Positions 7,359-15,668 of a stretch of DNA of 22,469 nucleotides are shown in pieces. Location of the stretch: NCBI GenBank assembly GCA_037924335.1, contig JAXSMZ010000025.1:1-22469 (forward strand). The letters are read 5' to 3'. Source of the DNA: Aquificaceae bacterium. Lineage in GTDB: Bacteria; Aquificota; Aquificia; Aquificales; Aquificaceae. The notes beneath the pieces were generated by a model. It did no database searches, had not been told where the DNA came from, and saw only the letters and a program-made list of their open reading frames with translations. The stretch's first letter is position 1, and every line of letters starts with the position of its first letter. The translations under genes were made by a program, and so were the position numbers.

Positions 7359-9068
7359 ATGCGGTGGAGCACATACTTTTGGTTCACTTCAAAGGAAGAG
7401 CCATCCGATGCAGAAGCACCTTCCCATAGGTATCTCATAAAGGGTGGGTTTATAAAGCAAGTAGCGTCTGGTGTTTATGCCTTTACACCACCTGGCTTTA
7501 GGGTGCTCAAAAAGATAGAGGAGATAATAAGAAAGGAGATGGACAGAAGCGGGGCGCAGGAAGTTCTCCTAACAGTTCTTAACCCTTCTGAGCTTTGGAA
7601 GGAGACAGGAAGATGGGAACTTTACGGAAGGGAACTCTTCACTTTAAAGGACAGAAACGATAGGGATTACTGCCTTGGGCCAACTCACGAAGAGGAGATA
7701 ACAGACCTTGTGAGAACCTTTGTAAACTCTTACAGACAGCTCCCCCACATACTTTATCAGATACAGGTAAAATTCAGGGATGAAAAGAGACCACGCTTTG
7801 GCCTCATAAGATGCAGAGAGTTTATCATGAAGGATGCTTACTCCTTTGACCCAGATGAGTTTTCTGCAACAATGTCCTACGAGACTATGAAGTTCGCCTA
7901 CGATAGAGTCTTTAAAAAGCTAAAGCTTAACACGCTCATGGTAGAAGCTAGCGTCGGTACGATAGGTGGCATAAGCTCCCATGAGTTTGTTGTCCTCACA
8001 GATTACGGGGAGGCAAGGGTAGCTTACTGCGAAAACTGCGGATATGCTGCCAACGCTGAAATAATTATGCTTGGAAAGGGCCAAGAGGAAGAGGAGGAGG
8101 AAAAACCCATTCAAAAGGTATACACCCCAAACACAAGGACTATAGATGAGCTCTCCCAGGTTTTGAAAGTTTCAAAAAGGAAGATCCTGAAGGCTGTGCT
8201 TTACATGGTTGAAGGTAAACCTTTGATAGTCCTCATAAGGGGAGATAGGGATGTGGACGAGAACAAGTTAGAGAGTGTACTTGGGACGGAAAACTTTAGA
8301 CTTTCAACGGATGAAGAAGTATACAAGTTTTTAAAAACGGAGAAGGGCTTTATAGGACCCTTTGGATTGCCAGATGGCGTGAAGGTCCTGTGGGATAACT
8401 CCGTCTTTGGCATAAAGAACATGGTAGTTGCCCTTAATGAACCACAGCATCACTATGTAAATGCAAATGCTGGAAGGGACTTCCATTATGGTGATTTTGT
8501 GGATGTAGCGCAGGTGATAGAAGGAGACCCATGTCCCAAATGCTCATCCTCTCTAAAGGTTAGCAAAGGGCTCGAACTAGGACACATATTTTTGCTTGGA
8601 ACAAGATACTCAGAACCAATGAAAGCCCACTACAGAGGCAAAAAAGGAGAAGACAGACCAATGGTTATGGGGTGCTATGGCATAGGTATATCAAGGTGCA
8701 TATCCGCAATAGTTGAACAGTACAGCGATGAAAAAGGTATAAAATGGCCTACTGTGGTAGCGCCCTTTGAGCTTGATGTTCTATGTCTCAACCCTTCAGA
8801 CGAGAAACAGAAGCAAGTCTCAGAAGAGATTTACTACAGAGCTTTGGAGCATGGTATAGATGCCATCTACGACGACAGAGAGGAAAGCGCTGGGTTTAAG
8901 TTTGCAGATGCTGACCTTTGCGGCTTCCCTTACAGGATAGTTGTAGGAAGAAAAGTAAAAGACGGTAAAGTGGAGCTTCAAGATAGGCATAGGGATGAGA
9001 GGATAGATGTTGACATAAAAAGAGCTACTCAGTTAGTAAAGGAGCTTATAGAAAAAGACAAACTTTAA
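7359..9068 (+). CDS. proS: Proline--tRNA ligase (bacterial type with INS editing domain)
   Basis: LGPTHEE, motif 2 FRDEKRPRFGLIRCREFIMKDAYSF, GFIGP INS domain, GHIFLLGTRYS, MGCYGIGISR, anticodon domain DDREESAGFKFADADLCG. Confidence 0.98.
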   Translation: MRWSTYFWFTSKEEPSDAEAPSHRYLIKGGFIKQVASGVYAFTPPGFRVLKKIEEIIRKEMDRSGAQEVLLTVLNPSELWKETGRWELYGRELFTLKDRNDRDYCLGPTHEEEITDLVRTFVNSYRQLPHILYQIQVKFRDEKRPRFGLIRCREFIMKDAYSFDPDEFSATMSYETMKFAYDRVFKKLKLNTLMVEASVGTIGGISSHEFVVLTDYGEARVAYCENCGYAANAEIIMLGKGQEEEEEEKPIQKVYTPNTRTIDELSQVLKVSKRKILKAVLYMVEGKPLIVLIRGDRDVDENKLESVLGTENFRLSTDEEVYKFLKTEKGFIGPFGLPDGVKVLWDNSVFGIKNMVVALNEPQHHYVNANAGRDFHYGDFVDVAQVIEGDPCPKCSSSLKVSKGLELGHIFLLGTRYSEPMKAHYRGKKGEDRPMVMGCYGIGISRCISAIVEQYSDEKGIKWPTVVAPFELDVLCLNPSDEKQKQVSEEIYYRALEHGIDAIYDDREESAGFKFADADLCGFPYRIVVGRKVKDGKVELQDRHRDERIDVDIKRATQLVKELIEKDKL

Positions 9069-9083
9069 GGTATATTGTTTACT

Positions 9084-10292
9084 ATGAAGGATGCTCTAAA
9101 GCTTCTTTTTTTGATTGTGTCTTACAATTTCTTGCTTGAATACGTATCTGAGAAAAGCCTATTATCCTTCAGGGTCTTTCCAAATAGCCTTTATGACTTT
9201 ATTATGCTCATATCCTTTGATTCAGCCCTTTATCTGGCTTGGCTCTTTGGATACAGAGAGAGGACGGTTCTCTGGCTTGGTTACCTATTCTTCTTCCAAA
9301 TTCTTGGTCTTTCCTTTTCTGCACAGAACTACGCAACAGTTATAGAGTATACACCATCCTTCTTGCTCACCATACTTTTGATATGGCTCTTTGAATCACC
9401 TACAGAGAAAAGGGTGAAAAAGCTTCTTGAAGATAGGCAAATGATTGAATGGCAGCTCGAAAGGAACAAAGAAGAACTTGAAAGCCTTATGGATAGGGTA
9501 AAGCTGTCCGAAGAGCTTATAGAATCCTTAAGGAAGGAGAAGGACACTGTAGAAGAAAGCCTGCTAAAGGTAGAAGAAACTCATTACAGTGAAAGAGAAA
9601 AGCTCATAAAGGAAAAGGAAGATCTTATAAAGAGGATAAAGGAGGCGGAGCTAAGCCTCAAAGATTATGCAGAGAGGATAGAAAGGCTCACACAGTCCAA
9701 CAGAAAGCTTTTTGAACTTCTTGAGGCTTTACAAAGACATGAGGATAAGAACACAAAGGATGAGATAGCACATCTTAGGAAGGAAAGGAAAAAGCTTGTA
9801 AAGGAGGTGATGGAGTTTCAAAGTGTCCTTGAAGAAGTCTACTCAGAGAACACTAAACTAAAGCTAGAACTTTCCAATTTGAGGGAAGATTTTGAAAGTC
9901 TAAAAAGGGAAAGGGATATACTCAAGATAAACCTGCAGGGTCTAAAAAAGAATGTATCCACAAAGTTAGAAAATTACAAAGAGTTCTTTAGTATAACTCT
10001 TGAGAACATACAGATAGAAGAAAGGGCTCTTGAGGAGTTTATACATCTATCCTTTGACAAGAGGAGGGAGTTTATGAAAGAGCTTCTTTTGCTCAACATG
10101 AAGGATAAAGAAGAACATCTGGAAAGGATGAAAGGACTGAAGAACGTTTTTAAACTGAAACCGAAGGGGGGAAGAATATACTTTACTTACGGTGAGTCCA
10201 AAAGATGGAGAGTTTTGGGGCTCATAGATTCTGAGGATGATAAGGATAAGGATAGGTATGCAAGAGAGGTTTTGCTAAAATATAAAAACTAA
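9084..10292 (+). CDS. Membrane-anchored long coiled-coil protein with C-terminal RelE/ParE-like domain
   Basis: About 4 hydrophobic segments (aa 1-105), a ~190-aa Glu/Lys heptad region, then a ~95-aa domain IQIEERALEEF...ERMKGLKNVFKLKPKGGRIYFTYGESKRWRVLGL. Start taken as ATG 9084 after TATATT. Confidence 0.6.
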   Translation: MKDALKLLFLIVSYNFLLEYVSEKSLLSFRVFPNSLYDFIMLISFDSALYLAWLFGYRERTVLWLGYLFFFQILGLSFSAQNYATVIEYTPSFLLTILLIWLFESPTEKRVKKLLEDRQMIEWQLERNKEELESLMDRVKLSEELIESLRKEKDTVEESLLKVEETHYSEREKLIKEKEDLIKRIKEAELSLKDYAERIERLTQSNRKLFELLEALQRHEDKNTKDEIAHLRKERKKLVKEVMEFQSVLEEVYSENTKLKLELSNLREDFESLKRERDILKINLQGLKKNVSTKLENYKEFFSITLENIQIEERALEEFIHLSFDKRREFMKELLLLNMKDKEEHLERMKGLKNVFKLKPKGGRIYFTYGESKRWRVLGLIDSEDDKDKDRYAREVLLKYKN

Positions 10293-10305
10293 AATGGAGG
10301 AAAAA

Positions 10306-11526
10306 ATGAAAAGCTTAAAGGAAGCACTAGACACTCTCACAGCACACAAGCCAAACAAGTATATGGTAACTAATCTTTACTTAAGGCTCCCTCCCGAGGA
10401 GAGGGCAGACAGAAAATACTTAACAACTTTCAAAAACATAGTTAAAAAGCAGAAGGAGTATATACAGAAAAGGGTGAGCGATAAGGAAGTTCTTTCATCC
10501 ATAAACGAGGACTTTTTGAGGATGGAGACATACCTTTCTGAGCTTGATAACGTAAAAGCTTGCAGGGGTATAGCCCTTTTTTCATCTAGTGCCAGGGGGC
10601 TCTTTGAAGTGATCAAACTACCTTACGTATACAGAAACAGGCTGATAGTCTCGTCAAATCCATATATAAGAGAGATAGCAGCCATAGACGAAGAGCTTGG
10701 CAGAATAGGCGTACTGCTCATAGACAGAAAACATGTGAAGTTCTTCTTGATGGACATGGAGGGGATCTACGAAATGCTTGATTTTCTTGAACCCCTTGTT
10801 ACAAGGTCTCACAAGTTTCACAGCGGTGGGGGACTTCTAAAGGGTGCTCAGGGCACAATGAGGTATTCCATGCCGTCTAGGGCATCAGCTCCCAACATGA
10901 TACAGCATTCGTATGGTGAGTACAGATTCCATATGAGAATAAGGGAAGAGAAGCATAGGCTTTTTAAGTTAGCAAACGATGCTCTCATAGAAGCGTGGAA
11001 GGAGCATAAGTTCGATAAACTCATAATAGGAAGCCAGAGGGAAGATATAGAAGATATAGAAAACCATCTGCACACTTATATATTCCAGAGGCTCATCGGT
11101 TACATGCACGTAAACCCGAGCGAGATAACGGAGCATCAACTCCAAAATGCAGTGTTGGACTTCTTATGGCGTAAAGATAGAGAGCAGGAGAAAGAGCTTA
11201 TTAGAGAGCTTGAGGAGCTTCAAGGGAAAGGGCTTGCAGTAAATGGAACATCCAAGGTTCTTGACCAGCTTCTGATGGGAAATGTAAAACTGTTGCTCGT
11301 CCCAGAAAATTTTGAAAAGCCTGGCTATCTTTGCTCAGCGTCCCATATACCCGTGCTAAAGCCCCAGTGTCCATCGGAGGATGAGGTAGCTTATGAGATC
11401 CCAGACATAGTGGATGAGATAATAGAGCTTGCAATGGAGGAGAGGGCTCTTATAGAAGTGATAATTGACCAAGACATACAGAGGAAGATAGATGGGCTTG
11501 CAGCTTTCCTAAGATTTCCCTTATGA
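10306..11526 (+). CDS. Bacterial archaeo-eukaryotic release-factor (baeRF; eRF1/aRF1/Pelota superfamily) protein
   Basis: eRF1-like N domain (MVTNLYL, RGIALFSS, KLPYVYRNRLIVSSNPYIREI), RNase H-fold M domain (IGVLLIDRKHVKFF, FDKLIIGS), L7Ae-like C domain (AVNGTSKVLDQLLMGNVKLLLV...DGLAAFLRF). Start probably ATG 10306 behind GGAGG (10296-10300). Confidence 0.82.
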   Translation: MKSLKEALDTLTAHKPNKYMVTNLYLRLPPEERADRKYLTTFKNIVKKQKEYIQKRVSDKEVLSSINEDFLRMETYLSELDNVKACRGIALFSSSARGLFEVIKLPYVYRNRLIVSSNPYIREIAAIDEELGRIGVLLIDRKHVKFFLMDMEGIYEMLDFLEPLVTRSHKFHSGGGLLKGAQGTMRYSMPSRASAPNMIQHSYGEYRFHMRIREEKHRLFKLANDALIEAWKEHKFDKLIIGSQREDIEDIENHLHTYIFQRLIGYMHVNPSEITEHQLQNAVLDFLWRKDREQEKELIRELEELQGKGLAVNGTSKVLDQLLMGNVKLLLVPENFEKPGYLCSASHIPVLKPQCPSEDEVAYEIPDIVDEIIELAMEERALIEVIIDQDIQRKIDGLAAFLRFPL

Positions 11527-12122
11527 GTGATGAGAGGATAGTGATCCTTATAGACGGTTCCAACCTCTTCCATGCTATAAGGTATTTAAACATAAGGATA
11601 GATTACTCTAAGCTTGTAGAATTTTTAAGAGAGGACAGAAGGTTAATAAGGTCATACTTTTATGGGGCTATACCACAGGAGAAGGACGTTAAAAAGAACA
11701 CGCCAGAGTGGGAAAGCTTCATAAGACAAAAGAGGTTTCTTGAAGACCTATCTATGCTTGGAATAAAGGTAAAGACAGCACACCTAAGGAAGCTCCCCTC
11801 TGGGGAGTACCTTGAGAAAGAGGTGGACATAATGCTTGCAACTGACATGCTAAGCATGGCTTACATGGACGCATACGATACGGCAATACTTATCACTGGA
11901 GACAGCGACTTCTCTTACACTGTAGAGGAGGTACAGAGAATAGGCAAAAGGGTAGAAAATGCATCCTTCAAAAGGACTAGCTCCTACCAGCTTAGGAAAA
12001 CATGCGACAGGTTCATACTTCTAGATGACTACATAGACAGGTTTGTGGTTGAAGAAAAACCCCTTGTTACACAGGAGATAACCTTTTGGGAAAAGATAGT
12101 GAGGCTTTGGAGAAGGTCATGA
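11523..12122 (+). CDS. NYN (LabA/DUF88, PIN-like) domain ribonuclease
   Basis: ILIDGSNL, EKEVDIMLATDM, AILITGDSDF, GKRVE, LRKTCDRF; all acidic active-site residues appear present. Confidence 0.9.
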   Translation: MSDERIVILIDGSNLFHAIRYLNIRIDYSKLVEFLREDRRLIRSYFYGAIPQEKDVKKNTPEWESFIRQKRFLEDLSMLGIKVKTAHLRKLPSGEYLEKEVDIMLATDMLSMAYMDAYDTAILITGDSDFSYTVEEVQRIGKRVENASFKRTSSYQLRKTCDRFILLDDYIDRFVVEEKPLVTQEITFWEKIVRLWRRS

Positions 12123-13075
12123 GGGTAATGTCTTTGAAATGGAACGGTGGATGTATAAAAGGTCTAGAGTGCTTGGAGAAAATGGAGGATGATACCGCCA
12201 TAACCGTTGGTAACTTTGATGGCGTTCATTTAGGGCACAGATTCTTACTCAAAAGCTTGATTGATAACGCCTCAAAAAGGGGGATAAAAAGCCTTGTACT
12301 CTCTTTTTATCCTCATCCCTTAAAGGTGCTCTCACCAAAACAATGTCCATGCGAACTTACAACACTGGAGGAGAAGATAGAGCTTTTAAGCAGTTTGGGA
12401 TTAGATTATGCGGTGTTTTTGAAGTTTGACCTTAGCTTCTCCCTTATGAGGGCTGAGGATTTTGTCAGAGAGGTCCTCTTCAGAAGGCTAAAAGCCAAGT
12501 TTTTACTTGTAGGTTACGATTGGAGGTTTGGCTACAAGAGGGAGGGAGAAATAGAGCTTGCTAAGGAGATGGGGGAAGAGCTTGGGTTTGAAGTGGCTCT
12601 GTCTGAACCCTTTAAAGTCAAAGACCACATAGCAAGCAGTACCCTCATAAGGAGACTCCTACACTCTGGAAGGCTTGGGGAAGCTGAGGAGTACCTTGGG
12701 AGGAGGTATTGGGTAAAAAGAAAAGTTATAAAGGGTGATGGAAGGGGAAGTAGCATAGGTATACCAACGGCAAACTTGGAAGGTACAGAAAATCTCTGTT
12801 TGAAAGAGGGGGTCTATTCAGTGTTGGTTGATGATTCCCTTCTTGGAGTTGCCAACTACGGTTACAGGCCCACATTCGACGGTAGAAAGAAGGTTCTTGA
12901 AGTCCACATCATAGATTTTAAAGGAGACATAAGGGGAAAGAAGATAAAGGTAGAATTTCTGCGGTTTATAAGGGAAGAGAGAAAGTTCAACTCTCCAACC
13001 GAGCTTAAAAAACAGATAGAGGAAGATATAACTCTTACAAAGAATTTACTCAATGAGCGTGAGCCCATCCACTAA
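12119..13075 (+). CDS. ribF: Bifunctional riboflavin kinase/FAD synthetase
   Basis: TVGNFDGVHLGH, VGYDWRFG, ASSTLIR, GDGRGSSIGIPTAN, GYRPTF, LEVHI. Start ATG 12119 overlaps the NYN stop (ATGA). Confidence 0.96.
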   Translation: MRVMSLKWNGGCIKGLECLEKMEDDTAITVGNFDGVHLGHRFLLKSLIDNASKRGIKSLVLSFYPHPLKVLSPKQCPCELTTLEEKIELLSSLGLDYAVFLKFDLSFSLMRAEDFVREVLFRRLKAKFLLVGYDWRFGYKREGEIELAKEMGEELGFEVALSEPFKVKDHIASSTLIRRLLHSGRLGEAEEYLGRRYWVKRKVIKGDGRGSSIGIPTANLEGTENLCLKEGVYSVLVDDSLLGVANYGYRPTFDGRKKVLEVHIIDFKGDIRGKKIKVEFLRFIREERKFNSPTELKKQIEEDITLTKNLLNEREPIH

Positions 13076-13942
13076 GCTGAGAGCTTTCAAGTATTCATCC
13101 TCTCTTATTCTTCTTGAAAGCTCAGGATAATCAAAGGCTTTAAAGTAAGGATAATACTGTTCCATGACGTTTATTGCCATGCTTGGAGAAACACCTTTGA
13201 GAAATTTTATAATCTCTTTGGTACCAGAGATTTCATTAGGAAGGAGGAGATGTCTTATGACCAAACCTCTCTTTGCCACACCAGAGCTATCCAACTCAAG
13301 GTTACCAACCTGTCTGTACATCTCCTCTATTGCCCTTTTTGCCACGCTAAAGTAGCCCTTTACTTTGGAATACTTCTTCCCAGTCTGGTCATTTCCGTAC
13401 TTAATGTCTGCAAGGTAGATGTCTACTATGCCGTCAAGAAGCCTCAGGCTCTCTATGGAATCATAAGAGGATGTGTTGTAGACTATCGGTATTCTTAAAC
13501 CCTTCTTTATTGAAAGGTAGAGGGCTTCCAGTATCTGTGGAACTATGTGCGATGGTGTTACAAGATTTATGTTATGGCATCCAAGCCTTTGAAGTGTAAT
13601 AAACATATTGGACAGCTCTTCTGGTCTTACATCCTCACCTTCACCAAGCTGGCTTATCTGATAGTTTTGACAGTAAACACATTTTAGGTTACAGCAGGAG
13701 AAAAAGACAGTACCACTTCCTCTTGTACCCCTTATGACCTTCTCTTCACCTCTGTGGGGGAAAAAGCTATCAACTATGGCATACCTGCCTATCTTGCATA
13801 TTCCAAGCTCATCCTTTAGCCTGTTAACACCGCATCTGTGAGGACAGACGCTACACTCCTCAAGCATTGATAAGGCCTTCTCTATTCTCTCTTCCCAGTC
13901 CTTATCTTTCAAATTTAGATAAGAGGGGTAAAACTTTTGCAT
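13046..13942 (-). CDS. Radical SAM protein, PflX-like (PFL-activating-enzyme-related)
   Basis: N-terminal CSVCPHRCGVNR, HRGEE, GSGTVFFSCCNLKCVYCQN (CxxxCxxC), GCHNINLVTP, RGLVIRHLLLP, NVMEQYYP. Confidence 0.88.
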   Translation of the reverse strand: MQKFYPSYLNLKDKDWEERIEKALSMLEECSVCPHRCGVNRLKDELGICKIGRYAIVDSFFPHRGEEKVIRGTRGSGTVFFSCCNLKCVYCQNYQISQLGEGEDVRPEELSNMFITLQRLGCHNINLVTPSHIVPQILEALYLSIKKGLRIPIVYNTSSYDSIESLRLLDGIVDIYLADIKYGNDQTGKKYSKVKGYFSVAKRAIEEMYRQVGNLELDSSGVAKRGLVIRHLLLPNEISGTKEIIKFLKGVSPSMAINVMEQYYPYFKAFDYPELSRRIREDEYLKALSLVDGLTLIE

Positions 13943-13946
13943 GGTA

Positions 13947-13975
13947 TATAATTAAATTTAAACTTTTTAAGGAGG
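13947..13975 (+). promoter_or_regulatory. -10 box TATAAT (13947-13952) and SD AAGGAGG for the PA2779-like gene
   Basis: Found in the 40-bp AT-rich divergent spacer between the radical SAM gene and the ORF at 13983. Confidence 0.5.
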
Positions 13976-13982
13976 TTGGGTT

Positions 13983-14375
13983 ATGATGAAGTTTATGAGG
14001 AAGCCCTTTTTGATACTAACTGTTGCTGGAACGTTCTTTGGTATCAACGCAGCTCCAGCCGTTGCAGGTATAGTAAGCTCCAAGCCAGCATCAGTAAACC
14101 TCTCATATCAAAGGGAAGGTGATATGCAAAAGGTACAGAAAGCTCTGGAACAAAAGATTGTCCAAGAAAAACTCAAAGCCTATGGGCTTACAAAAGAGGA
14201 GATAGAGAAAAGGCTTTCTGAGCTCAACGACCAACAGATTCATATGCTCGCAAAGGCTTCCGATAAGGTTCTTGCGGGTGGTGATGGTATTGGCCTTGCC
14301 ATAGCCGTTGTCGTTTTGCTAATTTTGATCGTCATACTCTTGAAGCTTCTCAATAAAGAGATCATAATAAGGTGA
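13983..14375 (+). CDS. PA2779-family-like exported protein with double-glycine motif and hydrophobic C-terminus
   Basis: Signal peptide (…APAVA), helical core VQEKLKAYGLTKEEIEKRLSELNDQQIHMLA, then LAGG-DGIGLAIAVVVLLILIVILLKLL; adjacent to a C39 peptidase gene. Confidence 0.78.
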   Translation: MMKFMRKPFLILTVAGTFFGINAAPAVAGIVSSKPASVNLSYQREGDMQKVQKALEQKIVQEKLKAYGLTKEEIEKRLSELNDQQIHMLAKASDKVLAGGDGIGLAIAVVVLLILIVILLKLLNKEIIIR

Positions 14376-14851
14376 GGCTAGCCTTAGCCCTTCTTCTTCC
14401 TTTCCTTTTTTCTTTTGAATTCCTTCATGTCCCCTTTGTAAAGCAAAAGGATGATTTTTGTGGTCCAGCTGCTCTGAGCAGCGTACTTAAATACTACGGC
14501 GTTGAAAAAAGCCAGGAAGATATAGCCAAATTTGTTTACATTCCAAAGCTCAAGGGTGCTCTCATAACAGACTTAGAAAAGTACGCAAAAGATCAGGGTT
14601 TTGAAACAGAGCTTTTTCAGGGAAGCCTGAGGGATATAAAAAAATACATAGACGAGGGTAAGCCAGTCATACTCTTGGTAGACCTTGGCTTTCTTTGGAT
14701 AAGCATACCGCATTATATTGTGGTTGTTGGCTACGACGAAAAGTACGTATACGCCAACACAGGATACGAAGAGAAGAAAGCCTTTGACTATAAAGACCTA
14801 TATAGAGAGTGGTCTAAGATGGGAAGGGTAGCCTTAGTGGTCTATCGCTGA
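14372..14851 (+). CDS. Stand-alone C39-like cysteine peptidase (PA2778-like), exported
   Basis: VPFVKQKDDFCGPAALSSVLKYYG (oxyanion Q, catalytic C), GKPVILLV, PHYIVVVGYD (catalytic H); short signal peptide; GTGA overlap with the upstream gene. Confidence 0.85.
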   Translation: MRLALALLLPFLFSFEFLHVPFVKQKDDFCGPAALSSVLKYYGVEKSQEDIAKFVYIPKLKGALITDLEKYAKDQGFETELFQGSLRDIKKYIDEGKPVILLVDLGFLWISIPHYIVVVGYDEKYVYANTGYEEKKAFDYKDLYREWSKMGRVALVVYR

Positions 14852-15540
14852 ATCTTTTCAAGCACCCTTCTGTAGCCTTCTAAAAGGTCTCCAAGGTCAA
14901 ACCTGAACCTGTCCTTGTCAAGCTTTTCGCCCGTTTTATCATCCCAGAGCCTGCACGTGTCTGGTGATATCTCATCTATAACTGCCAGACTGCCATCGGA
15001 TAGCTCACCAAACTCGAGTTTAAAATCAACGAGCAAAAGACCGTGTTCTTTAAAAAACTCTTTCAGCATTTGGTTAACCTTGAGAGCCATATGCTTTATT
15101 GGGGGTATCTGTTCCTCCTTGAGCAAACCAAGCATAAGCATATGTTCGTAGCATATGAGGGGGTCATGAAGCTCGTCCTTTTTGTAAAAGAACTCAACGA
15201 GAGGCTTCTCAAAGACTGTCCCCTCTTTTAGACCAAGCCTCTGGCATATACTACCAGCTGCTATGTTTCTTACAACTACCTCTATATCGAATCTCTTTGC
15301 CCTCCAGACGAGCATCTCTCTGTCTGAGACTTTAGCTATGAAATGGGTTTTTATGCCAGCCTTGTTTAAAAGCTCAAAGACTATGCTTGATATGGTGTTG
15401 TTTAGTACCCCTTTCCCTTCAACCTGTGCCTTCTTTGTGGCATCAAAGGCTGTGGCCGTATCTTTGAAGTAAACTGTATATTTATCTGGGTCTTCCGTCT
15501 TGTATATGACCTTTGCCTTTCCTTCGTAAAGCTTCTCCAT
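14842..15540 (-). CDS. purC: Phosphoribosylaminoimidazole-succinocarboxamide synthase
   Basis: Starts MEKLYEGKAK at 15540; FKDTATAF, EVVVRNIAAGS, LVDFKLEFG, DEISPDTCRLWD, LDKDRFR. Confidence 0.97.
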   Translation of the reverse strand: MEKLYEGKAKVIYKTEDPDKYTVYFKDTATAFDATKKAQVEGKGVLNNTISSIVFELLNKAGIKTHFIAKVSDREMLVWRAKRFDIEVVVRNIAAGSICQRLGLKEGTVFEKPLVEFFYKKDELHDPLICYEHMLMLGLLKEEQIPPIKHMALKVNQMLKEFFKEHGLLLVDFKLEFGELSDGSLAVIDEISPDTCRLWDDKTGEKLDKDRFRFDLGDLLEGYRRVLEKIQR

Positions 15541-15546
15541 TAAAAT

Positions 15547-15552
15547 ATTATA
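15547..15552 (-). promoter_or_regulatory. -10 box TATAAT 6 nt before purC ATG (leaderless promoter)
   Basis: Minus strand reads TATAAT-atttta-ATG with no SD. Confidence 0.62.
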
Positions 15553-15591
15553 CACGCTGGGTGAGAAATTAGACATCATAAAACTCTCTTC

Positions 15592-15605
15592 CTGTAAATT
15601 TACAG
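15592..15605. repeat. Perfect 14-bp palindrome CTGTAAATTTACAG in the purC-valS divergent spacer
   Basis: CTGTAAA/TTTACAG read directly; AATTTACAG recurs at 15666-15674. Confidence 0.6.
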
Positions 15606-15659
15606 CGAACATCCGATCGTGTTTTGAGAATTTTTCGCAAATAAGCTTCATCGGGTATA

Positions 15660-15668
15660 TGGTATAAT
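15660..15668 (+). promoter_or_regulatory. Extended -10 (TGgTATAAT) for valS
   Basis: Lies 10 nt upstream of ATG 15679; no SD. Confidence 0.62.

Noticed and set aside
8082..8103. GAG/GAA run in proS (QEEEEEEK)
   Set aside because: In-frame low-complexity linker before the editing domain; not a repeat element.
13046..14851. Radical SAM + GG-peptide + C39 peptidase as a RiPP cluster
   Set aside because: The radical SAM is PflX-like with no SPASM/RRE domain, is divergently transcribed and cytoplasmic, while the GG protein is Sec-exported; no transporter is present.
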